From Chlamydiota bacterium (GTDB taxonomy: Bacteria; Auribacterota; JACPWU01), in NCBI GenBank assembly GCA_016196885.1, contig JACPWU010000021.1, positions 51,038-83,037 of the forward strand: 32,000 nucleotides of DNA. The letters are read 5' to 3'. The notes below the pieces were generated by a model. That model saw only the letters and a list, made by a program, of their open reading frames with translations. It was not told the origin of the DNA and ran no database searches. The position numbers were made by a program, and so were the translations under genes. Shown here one piece after another: positions 6,704 to 15,113 of the stretch (its first letter is position 1; the number at the start of each line of letters is the position of its first letter).

Positions 6704-8527
6704 TCATCTCCCGACCCCGCTTTGCTTACGAAGATAAATGAGAAGGGTCGTAATATCCGCGGGTGAAACCCCTGAGATTCTCGCGGCTTGACCGAGGGAA
6801 CGGGGCTGAATGGAAGCGAGTTTTTCCTGGGCCTCTCTTCTAAGGCCTTGAATGGAGGCAAAGTCCATCGCAAGGGGTATGATTTTATCTTCTAATCTTT
6901 GCATTTTCTCTATCGTCTGCTTTTCTCTTTGAATATAACCCTCGTACTTGGCCTCGATTTCGACCTGGCGAATCACATCTTGAGGGAGGGAACTTGCTTT
7001 TCCTTCGAGTCCCAGCAAAGTGGTATAAGAGGACGCGGGCCTTTTTAAAATCTGATAAAGGGTTTCTTGTCCATGTCGTGTTTTCTTTAAACGATTGAGC
7101 TCTTCCTGTATTTTTTCATTTTTTTCTTCCAGGGCTTCAAGGGCCGTTTTAGGAATAAGCCCCATTTTATAGCCGTAATGCATCAAGCGGGTATCTGCAT
7201 TGTCTTGCCTTAAGAGAAGCCGATATTCGGCCCGGGAGGTAAACATGCGGTAAGGTTCCTTTGTTCCCTTGGTCACCAAATCATCTATCAAAACCCCGAT
7301 ATAGGCCTCCGAGCGTTTTAAAATCAAGGGTTCTTTGCCCAGAAGCTTCAGCCCCGCATTGATCCCAGCCATCAGGCCTTGAGCCCCTGCTTCCTCATAG
7401 CCACTCGTCCCATTGATTTGACCCGCCAAGAAAAGGTTCGAGAGGGTCTTGGTCTCTAAAGTTGCATGAAGCTGCGTGGGAGGAGCAAAGTCATATTCCA
7501 CCGCATAACCATAGCGAATGATTTCGGCATGCTCGAGCCCTGTAATCGAATGAACAATCTCTTCCTGAACATCTTCAGGTAAGCTCGTGGAAGAACCATT
7601 GATGTAAATTTCATCCGTGTCCAATCCTTCGGGCTCTAAAAAGATCTGATGCTTTAATTTATCTGGAAATCGCATGATTTTGTCTTCAATCGAAGGACAG
7701 TAACGCGGCCCAATTCCTACAATCCTCCCTGAATAGAGCGGAGAGCGATGAATGTTTTTCCGAATCACTTCGGCCGTTCGATCGGTCGTATAAGTGATAT
7801 AGCAAGGAACCTGTAGGAGTCTCTTTTCCACGGGGAAATGAGAAAAGGAATAGGGCTCGGGATCGCCATGCTGAACTTGAACTTTCGAGTAATCAATAGA
7901 CCGCTCACTGATTCGAGGCGGCGTTCCTGTCTTCAAACGCAAGAGTTCAATGCCTGCTTTTTGAAGGCAGTCCGAGAGCCCGTAAGAAGGAAATTCTCCC
8001 GCTCGACCCGCGGCAAAAGAAGATTCTCCCACGTGACATAATCCCTTTAAGAAAGTGCCTGTCGTAATAATGACAATTTTGCCTTTATAAATCGTTCCTG
8101 AATTTGTCTTAACTCCTTCTACTACATTATCTTTTAAAATTAACTCCTCGACAATCACTTGCCTTAAATCCAAATGAGGCTGCCTCTCAACCACGTGACG
8201 CATTTCGATGGAGTATTGCTTTTTATCCGCTTGGGCCCGGGGAGCCCAGACAGCCGGGCCCTTGCTCATGTTGAGCATTCTAAACTGAATGCTGGTTTTA
8301 TCCGTGATTTTGGCCATTTCTCCACCCAGGGCATCCATTTCCCTCACCAAATGGCCCTTGGCGATTCCCCCAATCGCCGGATTGCAGGGCATTTTGGCCA
8401 CGGTGTCCAAATTGAGCGTGAAAAGGGCGGTCTCCAGGTTCATCCGGGCCGTGGCCAGAGCCGCCTCACAACCCGCATGGCCCGCACCAACCACAATAAC
8501 GTCATAGGTTTTTGGATAGATATACAT
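6704..8527 (-). CDS. mnmG: tRNA uridine 5-carboxymethylaminomethyl modification enzyme MnmG/GidA
   Basis: YDVIVVGAGHAGCEAA FAD fold and full-length GidA-like sequence. Start placed at ATG 8527 (MYIYPKTYDV) rather than the track start 8632, which overlaps the neighbouring gene. Confidence 0.95.
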   Translation of the reverse strand: MYIYPKTYDVIVVGAGHAGCEAALATARMNLETALFTLNLDTVAKMPCNPAIGGIAKGHLVREMDALGGEMAKITDKTSIQFRMLNMSKGPAVWAPRAQADKKQYSIEMRHVVERQPHLDLRQVIVEELILKDNVVEGVKTNSGTIYKGKIVIITTGTFLKGLCHVGESSFAAGRAGEFPSYGLSDCLQKAGIELLRLKTGTPPRISERSIDYSKVQVQHGDPEPYSFSHFPVEKRLLQVPCYITYTTDRTAEVIRKNIHRSPLYSGRIVGIGPRYCPSIEDKIMRFPDKLKHQIFLEPEGLDTDEIYINGSSTSLPEDVQEEIVHSITGLEHAEIIRYGYAVEYDFAPPTQLHATLETKTLSNLFLAGQINGTSGYEEAGAQGLMAGINAGLKLLGKEPLILKRSEAYIGVLIDDLVTKGTKEPYRMFTSRAEYRLLLRQDNADTRLMHYGYKMGLIPKTALEALEEKNEKIQEELNRLKKTRHGQETLYQILKRPASSYTTLLGLEGKASSLPQDVIRQVEIEAKYEGYIQREKQTIEKMQRLEDKIIPLAMDFASIQGLRREAQEKLASIQPRSLGQAARISGVSPADITTLLIYLRKQSGVGR

Positions 8528-8609
8528 GTTTTCACCCACACCCATCATCCGTTTGAGTCTGAAAAATAGCAAAAAAAAACCGTTTTGAATATGAGGATTT
8601 TTTGCTTTT

Positions 8610-9278
8610 TTATTTTGAGGCAATACTAACATCCTTGATTACTTGGGGCAGGTATAAATTCATCCAAGAGGTTTGTTTCTGAGAAAGAACCTCTTTTGTC
8701 CCAATACCCTTTGTCATTTCAAAACAGCCATTCATTTGAATTAAGAGTTCACGGACCTCTAAGCTTTCTGAAAGATTCTCCAAGGCCTTTCTAAATTCAC
8801 TCGGGTAACTCGCATGAAGAAGGCATAGGTCATAAATATCTGTAGGTTCAATTCGATCCACAACACAATAGAGTTTCTCCAGGATCATGTCTTTTTCAGA
8901 TAAAATCGGGCACCGAAGTTCGGGCTCATAAAGCAATGTGACCGGACGCCAAATTTTTCCAATATCGACTTTTGTTTCAAGTTTGGGATATCTGATATAC
9001 AGTTGACAGAAGTGTTCTCCACGACGCGTAATTCTATATTTAACCTTCTCAAGATTACACTGCTTCACAAGCTCAAGCATCGCCTTGTAACTAGAGATTT
9101 CTTCTTTCGGGGAGAGAATATCTACGTCCTTACTGTTGCGCGCATGTTGTGGAAGTCTTAAGGTTAGCCACGTTCCTCCCGAGAGGGCATAATTTTTACG
9201 GATGAGCGGACATTTTAAAATCCATTTGGCAAGTGATAAAATATCTTGCCTTGAAGGCTCTTCAGGCATTTTTTTCAT
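8610..9278 (-). CDS. AbiEii/AbiGii-like nucleotidyltransferase (putative type IV TA toxin)
   Basis: N-terminal ALSGGTWLTLRL.....RNSKDVDIL resembles the GGTAL...R.S.D(I/L)D motif of DUF1814/AbiEii nucleotidyltransferases. Overlaps the upstream HTH gene by 17 nt. Confidence 0.65.
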   Translation of the reverse strand: MKKMPEEPSRQDILSLAKWILKCPLIRKNYALSGGTWLTLRLPQHARNSKDVDILSPKEEISSYKAMLELVKQCNLEKVKYRITRRGEHFCQLYIRYPKLETKVDIGKIWRPVTLLYEPELRCPILSEKDMILEKLYCVVDRIEPTDIYDLCLLHASYPSEFRKALENLSESLEVRELLIQMNGCFEMTKGIGTKEVLSQKQTSWMNLYLPQVIKDVSIASK

Positions 9279-9666
9279 AAAGACCTCGAATCAGACTTTT
9301 GCGAAAAATTCTTTCAAGAAGGGTTCTTCCTTTGCGCACATATTTTTCCGCCACAGACCTTTGAATCATTTTAGGAATGAGTTGTGGGGCACGCCTAAAA
9401 AGAATGGGAATCATTTCTTCTTTCGATGGGATTGATTGTTCTCTCCAGAAGATTGAATAGGGAGCTATTTTTTGAGGTCTTCCAGAGGAATAGTGTCCTT
9501 GAATTTTTTTAAAACGATCGAAAGAAGCTAATGGAATAAACCAGGTATGTCCCTTTTTCAAACATTGCTTCAAGCGCTTTTCCCGGCAATATCGAGCCAT
9601 CAAGGACTTCGTAATTCCTAATCTTGCCGCTGCCTCAGTGGCTGTTAAGAAAACATTCTTCATCAT
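9262..9666 (-). CDS. Excisionase/MerR-like HTH protein, putative antitoxin partner
   Basis: From Met48/49: MMKNVFLTATEAAARLGITKSLMARYCREKRL (HTH_17-like). The 47-aa N-terminal extension in the track is made of repeat-containing intergenic sequence. Confidence 0.55.
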   Translation of the reverse strand: MMKNVFLTATEAAARLGITKSLMARYCREKRLKQCLKKGHTWFIPLASFDRFKKIQGHYSSGRPQKIAPYSIFWREQSIPSKEEMIPILFRRAPQLIPKMIQRSVAEKYVRKGRTLLERIFRKSLIRGLYEKNA

Positions 9667-9822
9667 GATTTTATTATACACTATTTTGAACAATTTTTGA
9701 AAAATTTTGGGATGGTAGACTTTGGTCAAATGGACTGGATTTGATTCGGGAATTTTAAAGGTTAAAGATTTTAAGTATTTTAACCCTTGGACGTTTGAAC
9801 TTTTCAACCCTTAAACTTTTTT

Positions 9823-11232
9823 TCACTTCCCAATGCAAAACCTCGAGAAAAGGGTCTGGATCATTTCTTCATTGACAGAGGTGCCCAATAATTCATCCCA
9901 TTTCAGAAGGGCGCTGTGAAGATCGCTGGAGATCAAGTCATCTCCTAAATTGTTTTCTAAGGCGTTCTGGGCACTCCTCAAGTCTTTCTCCACCGCCTGC
10001 AAGATTTCTTGATGCCGGGCGTTGACGAGGTATTGGCATTCTAAAATGTCATTTTTGGATTTCACCCATTTTAGAAGAGCCTCTTCCAGCGTTTTCAAAC
10101 CCTGTCCCAAAAGGAGAGAAGTTTCAAAAAAAGGATGGCGAGGAAAGGTTTTTAAAATTTCACTTTTCGAAAAATTTTTGTTCAAATCCACTTTGTTAAA
10201 AATCAACATCGCATCTTTTCCATTGCCCAACCAGGGTTGGACCTTGGTAAGATCAAAAGGGGAGCCAGAGACATCAAAAATCCACAAAATTAAATCCGCT
10301 TCTTCATATTGATGATGCGTGACTTCAATTCCCTTTTTCTCGACAATGTTTTCGGGTTCTCTCAGGCCCGCCGTGTCTACCAAACGCAAGGGAACGCCAT
10401 TAAAATTCATTTCGTATTCGATAGCATCTCTCGTTGTGCCCGGTAGTTCAGTCACAATGGCCAATTCTTTTTTGGCCAATGAATTGAGAAGACTGGATTT
10501 TCCAACATTGGGCTCTCCCATGAGAACCCCTTTAAAACCCTCTTTCAAGATGCGTCGCGTTTTGGCCCCTTTTAAAAGATTCTGAATTTCGTCCCTGATT
10601 TCTTTTAGAAGTTGAGCGTAATCTCGCGGGGAAACGCCTTGCGGAACATATTCTGGAAAATCAATGTTGGCCTCGGTCTCGACCATCACGTCAAAAATTT
10701 TTTGACGGAGGTTGAGTAATTTTCCAGAGAATTCTCCTTTCAGTTGCTGGAGGGCATATTTTCTTTGCAGTTCGGATTTTGCCTGAATCAAATCTATAAC
10801 GGCCTCTGCCTGAGAAAGGTCTAAGCGGCCATTTAAAAAGGCCCTTTGGGTGAATTCTCCTGGCCGGGCTAGGCGGGCCCCTTTTTCCAAGATGAGCGAC
10901 AGAATTCTTTGAGCCAGATAGGGGCTTCCGTGGAGATAAATTTCAAAAGAGTCTTCGCAGGTGTAACTTTTGGGAGCTTTAAATACACACCCCATTCCTT
11001 CATCCAAAGCCTCTTTCTCATCCGAAACGGATCCCAAATACAAGCGCTGAATCTCAAAGGAAGAAGGGGATTTGCCTGAGGACGTCCTGAAAATTTGATC
11101 GGCGATCATGAGAGAAGCGCTCCCGCTCAAGCGAAGCACGGCCAAAGCGCCTTCTCCAAGAGGCGTGGCAAGGGCCACAATGGTGTCTTCAGCAATATTG
11201 GAGACATCTTTATTTTTCATGCCCATTTCCAT
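9823..11232 (-). CDS. mnmE: tRNA modification GTPase MnmE/TrmE
   Basis: G-domain GEPNVGKSSLLN, DTAGLR, NKVDL, and the invariant C-terminal FCIGK. Confidence 0.95.
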   Translation of the reverse strand: MEMGMKNKDVSNIAEDTIVALATPLGEGALAVLRLSGSASLMIADQIFRTSSGKSPSSFEIQRLYLGSVSDEKEALDEGMGCVFKAPKSYTCEDSFEIYLHGSPYLAQRILSLILEKGARLARPGEFTQRAFLNGRLDLSQAEAVIDLIQAKSELQRKYALQQLKGEFSGKLLNLRQKIFDVMVETEANIDFPEYVPQGVSPRDYAQLLKEIRDEIQNLLKGAKTRRILKEGFKGVLMGEPNVGKSSLLNSLAKKELAIVTELPGTTRDAIEYEMNFNGVPLRLVDTAGLREPENIVEKKGIEVTHHQYEEADLILWIFDVSGSPFDLTKVQPWLGNGKDAMLIFNKVDLNKNFSKSEILKTFPRHPFFETSLLLGQGLKTLEEALLKWVKSKNDILECQYLVNARHQEILQAVEKDLRSAQNALENNLGDDLISSDLHSALLKWDELLGTSVNEEMIQTLFSRFCIGK

Positions 11233-11254
11233 AACCTTATGGGTTCCAGAAACT

Positions 11255-11662
11255 TCATCGTGTCAGCCATTCCTTTAGAAAGTCTGCGGGAGATCGGACA
11301 TGGACTCCCAACTTTTTCGCGGCATGAAAATGTCTTGCATTGCCCGTGACCAGGACCTCCACATGGCCCGTGACAGCCACCTCGATGAAGGCACGGTCCG
11401 TCTCATCCAAAAACCGATCAGGGATGACTTGTGGCAAAACCAGCAGTGCCTGGTCTAACAAGGCATCCAAAAAGTCGTCAACACTTTGATTAGAAAGGGA
11501 AAACTTTCCACGGGTGAGAACTTCACGATACTCATTGCAAATGCGATCGTCCACGCAAAGTTCCACATCACCTCGTAAGAGGAGTTGAACAACTCGATGG
11601 CAAGTCCCACCTGGTGTGAGAATGGACGACACCAAAACATTTGTATCTAGAACAATCCTCAT
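11255..11662 (-). CDS. PIN-domain ribonuclease toxin (VapC-like, TIGR00305-type)
   Basis: MRIVLDTNVLVSS start and acidic residues spaced as in PIN domains. ATG 11662 overlaps the antitoxin stop as ATGA. Confidence 0.85.
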   Translation of the reverse strand: MRIVLDTNVLVSSILTPGGTCHRVVQLLLRGDVELCVDDRICNEYREVLTRGKFSLSNQSVDDFLDALLDQALLVLPQVIPDRFLDETDRAFIEVAVTGHVEVLVTGNARHFHAAKKLGVHVRSPADFLKEWLTR

Positions 11663-11955
11663 GGTGAAGGATGCCGTCTTCCTCTTCGAACTTGCTGAAT
11701 CCACCCTTCGATCTGTGTCTTGCTCAGCCGATTCAACCCCTTTCGTCTGGCCTCTTCCTGTAGTTTAATCAAAGCGGCCATACCCCGAGCTTGACGCCAA
11801 ACACGCAAGGTTTGTTCGAAGGATCTCTCATTCAGAGGCGCGAGCAATCCCATGGGTTTACCTCTGGATGTCAATACCAGCTCTCTTTCTTCCTTTAGCA
11901 TTCGCCACACAGAGCCAGGGTGGAGACGAAATTCTCTGACCGGTACGAATTTCAT
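11659..11955 (-). CDS. Phd/YefM-like antitoxin
   Basis: MKFVPVREFRLHPGSVWRMLKEERELVLTSRGKPMGLL is typical of prevent-host-death antitoxins. A GGAGGG Shine-Dalgarno lies 3 nt upstream of ATG 11955, and a 4-nt ATGA overlap joins it to the toxin. Confidence 0.7.
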   Translation of the reverse strand: MKFVPVREFRLHPGSVWRMLKEERELVLTSRGKPMGLLAPLNERSFEQTLRVWRQARGMAALIKLQEEARRKGLNRLSKTQIEGWIQQVRRGRRHPSP

Positions 11956-11977
11956 AGGCCCTCCATTTCCTACGTAA

Positions 11978-12006
11978 AGTCTACATGATGTTATCCTCAA
12001 GGTCAA
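11978..12006 (-). promoter_or_regulatory. Candidate sigma70-type promoter of the PIN TA operon
   Basis: The minus strand reads TTGACC-N17-TAGACT. The predicted start leaves a roughly 16-nt leader carrying the Shine-Dalgarno. Confidence 0.4.
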
Positions 12007-12024
12007 CCTCTAAAGATTCACCTA

Positions 12025-12257
12025 CTTGCTAAGATCGTGTATTTAAAAGTGTGTCCTTTTATGGATGCGGGTGGCCCGACTGGGGGTCCCCCGCTGATCG
12101 CCAGCAGATGGAGAACATGGACCTCTCGTTACATTCAAAACCCAACCGACATCGACCCCACGGGGGCTATAACCTCTGTGCCGTCAGCGGGGGTGAGGAG
12201 GGACAGGACCCGCCTCCTCTTAAAAGGACACACTTTTAAATACAGCATCCTTGCTAA
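12025..12257. mobile_element. MITE-like 217-bp GC-rich palindromic element (12033-12249) with 8-bp direct repeats CTTGCTAA
   Basis: 24-bp perfect terminal inverted repeat, 12038-12061 with 12221-12244, extending to 29 bp with 2 mismatches. Inner helices gcgggt/acccgc and cccccgctga/tcagcggggg. Exact CTTGCTAA at 12025-12032 and 12250-12257 abuts both ends. Confidence 0.65.
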
Positions 12258-12317
12258 CGTCCCCTTAAAATTCTATCATTCATGAACAAAAGTCGTTGCT
12301 AAAGAGGGAGAAAGAAC

Positions 12318-12406
12318 TTTAAACCCAGAATTTGCAATAGGCCGCGGAATTCGACGCAAGATCTTGCTCTTGAGTTCTCGCGTCTATTGCAAAATCTGGG
12401 TTAAAA
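12318..12406. repeat. Long imperfect hairpin downstream of yidC
   Basis: 12318-12340 pairs with 12384-12406 (about 23 bp, 2 mismatches). The 43-nt interior contains the 12-bp palindrome gcaagatcttgc. Confidence 0.6.
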
Positions 12407-12481
12407 AGTAACCCTCCCATTCCCCCCTTACAAGCGAGTCCGGGTGCTCTGAAGAAACGTATCTCGAGAAAAAAAGGGGGT

Positions 12482-14149
12482 TCAAGCCCTCTTCTGAATC
12501 CGATACTGCTGTAAGATGGTAATCACGGTGTTGGTAATCCAGTAAAGGACGAGGCCTGAGGCAAAGCCGTAGAAGAGGAACGTGAGCATCACGGGCATGA
12601 AAACCTTCATCATTTTCTGGCTGGGGTCTGAGGGCGTCATTCTCTGTTGCCAAAACATCGCAGCACCATTCAACATGGGAAGGAAATTGACCGGAAATGT
12701 CCCCAGATGAAAAAGGGTATCGGGCCTGGCCAAATCCTTGATCCAAAGGAAATCGGCCCCTCTCAATTCCAGAGAAACCATGAGAATTTGATAAAAGGCA
12801 ATGAAAATGGGCATCTGAACCAGCATGGGCAGACAACCCGCCAGGGGCTTGATGTTGTGCTCTTTGTAGAGGGCCATGGTCTCTTGCTGGATTTTTTTAG
12901 GATTCGAGCCGTGTTTCTTTTTGATTTGATCTAATTTGGGTTTCAAGGCCTGCATTTCCTTCATGGAATGAAAGCTGATGGCACTGAGCGGATAAAAGAG
13001 AAATTTAACAATCAGGGTTAAAACAATAATGGAAATTCCATAATTATGGAAAATGCGGTTGAGGCCATGAAGACTCATCACGAAGCCACGACATAAATGT
13101 CCCCATAAGCCGTCAAACCCTAAAAGGCTTTCAAAATGATGATTAAAGGATTTAAGGAGATCATAATCCTTGGGGCCCTCGTACAATAAAAAATGCATTT
13201 TCTTCGTCTCATTCGGAGCCAATACGAAAGAGGTCGTGCGAAGTGCACAGGCGTAATAGATTTGGGAATTTTCCTCCACGCTTTCGGTGATTAAAGAGAA
13301 GGCATCCACGTCCAGAGGCTTTGCCAACAGGGTAAAATATTTGCTTTTCATGGCGGCCCAGGAAAGCTCAAAATCCTCGACCTTGCGCTCTTTAATGGAT
13401 CGAATGGATTTTCTCATATAAGATCCGCTGCCCCCAGCCAAGTAAAAGTCGACTTCAAGGGGCTGCAATTCGTCCGTTCCCGCAACAGCATTTTTGTTGA
13501 AGGAAGAGGTACGGTGACTGATTTGCTTCATAAATCCGAGAGAAAGGTCATAGCCTTTGTAGAAGCTGTAGGGCTTCTTGCGATGGTTGGTGAGAGTGAT
13601 TTCTAAATCAATGGTATAATTTTCTTTTAAGGTGAATTTCTTTTGGAGCGTGATTTGGTGATCTCGAACTTCAAAGAGCACAAAATCCGAACCCCGGTCT
13701 GCCACTCGATAGGCTCGAAAAGCATCGTGGGAAAAATCGCTCACCCTCGGCAAAGCACCGGGTTGAACGTCTGGATTTTGAAAGTCCACCAAGGGGACTT
13801 CGCGATCGTGAATGAGTCCTGTTTCTTTCAACGTGAGGGACTTCACGGCCGCCCTCCAACTGGAAAAGGTGACCTTCACCAAAGAATTTTCAAGGACAAT
13901 TTCTTGCTCCTCAGGCATGGGAGTTTCATCTACCTTGGGCCCTTGAAGCAGCTCTTCAGAGGGTTTTTCACCCAAAGCCTTTTCTGAGGAGGGAGTCACT
14001 CCTTGAGAGACATTCGAAGTGGGCTGTGGAATGTGCTTGCGATAAAAATAAGACCAGCCGATGGAGATAGCAAAGCAAAGGGCAAAGGCTAAAATGATGC
14101 GCCATCCCATAGAGGGATCATTATCTTGCATCTGTGAATTTTTAGGCAT
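12482..14149 (-). CDS. yidC: Membrane protein insertase YidC
   Basis: Large periplasmic domain followed by the conserved 60-kDa IMP core (...KPLAGCLPMLVQMPIFIAFY...). Start set at ATG 14149 (MPKNSQ) because the upstream 27 codons lie in repeat DNA. Confidence 0.93.
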   Translation of the reverse strand: MPKNSQMQDNDPSMGWRIILAFALCFAISIGWSYFYRKHIPQPTSNVSQGVTPSSEKALGEKPSEELLQGPKVDETPMPEEQEIVLENSLVKVTFSSWRAAVKSLTLKETGLIHDREVPLVDFQNPDVQPGALPRVSDFSHDAFRAYRVADRGSDFVLFEVRDHQITLQKKFTLKENYTIDLEITLTNHRKKPYSFYKGYDLSLGFMKQISHRTSSFNKNAVAGTDELQPLEVDFYLAGGSGSYMRKSIRSIKERKVEDFELSWAAMKSKYFTLLAKPLDVDAFSLITESVEENSQIYYACALRTTSFVLAPNETKKMHFLLYEGPKDYDLLKSFNHHFESLLGFDGLWGHLCRGFVMSLHGLNRIFHNYGISIIVLTLIVKFLFYPLSAISFHSMKEMQALKPKLDQIKKKHGSNPKKIQQETMALYKEHNIKPLAGCLPMLVQMPIFIAFYQILMVSLELRGADFLWIKDLARPDTLFHLGTFPVNFLPMLNGAAMFWQQRMTPSDPSQKMMKVFMPVMLTFLFYGFASGLVLYWITNTVITILQQYRIQKRA

Positions 14150-14170
14150 TGGAGTTACCTTGTTTTCTAA

Positions 14171-14260
14171 AATAAGTGAAAAATGAAAAGTGAACAATGA
14201 AAATTTGCCAAGAACTTTAACGAAATTCACTTCTTATTCTTAATTTTTCATTCTTAATTT
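14171..14260. repeat. Tandem 7-nt-unit repeats forming an imperfect hairpin between yidD and yidC
   Basis: gtgaaaa/atgaaaa/gtgaaca/atgaaaa at about 14176-14203 faces ttcacttcttattcttaatttttcattcttaattttt at 14226-14262. The complementarity is partial. Confidence 0.5.
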
Positions 14261-14476
14261 TTAACTGTCCTTTATTGGATCATATCCGCCCGAGTGAAAG
14301 GGATGACATTTTAAAATTCTTTTTAAACCCAAAAATAAACCTCGCCAGCCCCCTTTTTTCTCGACCGCAAGGCGACAATACTCCGAGCAATTGGGCTGGA
14401 AACGACAGGCGGGCCCGAGAAAAGGTGAAACGAGCGTTTGATACATCCGAATCAAAAGAGAAACAAGCATTTTCAT
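14261..14476 (-). CDS. yidD: Membrane protein insertion efficiency factor YidD
   Basis: CRFQPNCSEYCRLAVEKKG...KCHPFHSGGYDP, the YidD signature. Canonical position between rnpA and yidC. Confidence 0.9.
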   Translation of the reverse strand: MKMLVSLLIRMYQTLVSPFLGPACRFQPNCSEYCRLAVEKKGGWRGLFLGLKRILKCHPFHSGGYDPIKDS

Positions 14477-14483
14477 GAAATTT

Positions 14484-14831
14484 TTAAGTGACCCGCATGG
14501 ACGCTAATTTTCCCATTTCATCTAAAATCACTTCGTATTTCCAAACCTTCTGATCTGTCTTTGCCAAAAACACCCACCACCTGGCCTTTTGAAAAAGATG
14601 TTTTTGTTGCCTAAAAGATTCGCGCATCCAGCGCTTGATTTGATGACGCTGGACGGCAGAACCGATTCTCTTCGCAACCACAAAGCCCCCCTTCAAATCG
14701 CCGACGGGGGACTCTCTAACGTAGGCTACCAGGGAGGAAGTGACATGCTTTTTCCCCTTTTCAAGAACCCAGCGAATGTCCTGGGAGGCTGTCAAACGTT
14801 CACTTTTGGGAAAGGACAAGTCCAAAGGCAT
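14484..14831 (-). CDS. rnpA: RNase P protein component
   Basis: From ATG 14831: MPLDLSFPKSERLTASQDI...FVVAKRIGSAVQRHQIKRWMRE (RNR-like motif). The 69-aa N-terminal extension in the track overlaps rpmH in another frame. Confidence 0.9.
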   Translation of the reverse strand: MPLDLSFPKSERLTASQDIRWVLEKGKKHVTSSLVAYVRESPVGDLKGGFVVAKRIGSAVQRHQIKRWMRESFRQQKHLFQKARWWVFLAKTDQKVWKYEVILDEMGKLASMRVT

Positions 14832-14842
14832 GGAAGTCTGGG

Positions 14843-14980
14843 TCAAGAAACGACGAGACGACGGCGCCCTTTCCTTCTGCGGCTTTTCAAAACCGCACGC
14901 CCCCCGTGCGTCGAAGATCTCTTGCGAAATCCATGGGTGCGGCGCCTTCTCAAACGAGATGGACGAAAAGTTCTTTTCAC
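14843..14980 (-). CDS. rpmH: 50S ribosomal protein L34
   Basis: Not in the ORF track (45 aa, GTG start). Hand translation gives (M)[44 protein letters not shown], unmistakably L34. Canonical position upstream of rnpA. Confidence 0.9.
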   Translation of the reverse strand: MKRTFRPSRLRRRRTHGFRKRSSTHGGRAVLKSRRRKGRRRLVVS

Positions 14981-15113
14981 GTGAAAACCCTCTTTTCAAA
15001 AATAAACCTCCCCTGACCCTCTTTGAAAAAAGGGGCAAGGGGGAATTTTTATTCTATTTTGTTCCGGTTTAACGACATTTTATAATAACACCGCTTTTAA
15101 ATTTAAGGGCACC

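Noticed and set aside
8528-8632. N-terminal extensions of track ORFs: mnmG to 8632, yidC to 14230, rnpA to 15038, tsaD to 25992, pilC to 16480, HTH gene to 9807, IS110 transposase to 31695, and suhB at 29428.
   Set aside because: In each case an internal ATG restores the canonical family N-terminus. The extension also runs through repeat or hairpin DNA, or overlaps a neighbouring gene (rpmH, or the AbiEii-like gene).
12037-12285. ORFs 12037-12285 and 12051-12239 inside the GC-rich palindromic element.
   Set aside because: Both are open only because of the element's GC-rich interior. They overlap each other in different frames, have no Shine-Dalgarno, and sit on the strand opposite to all neighbouring genes.
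14974-14987. TTTTCACGTGAAAA as a third parS site.
   Set aside because: Only about 12/16 matches to the parS consensus, since the flanking GT/AC positions are lost. It also overlaps the rpmH GTG start codon, so the CACGTG core is probably coincidental.
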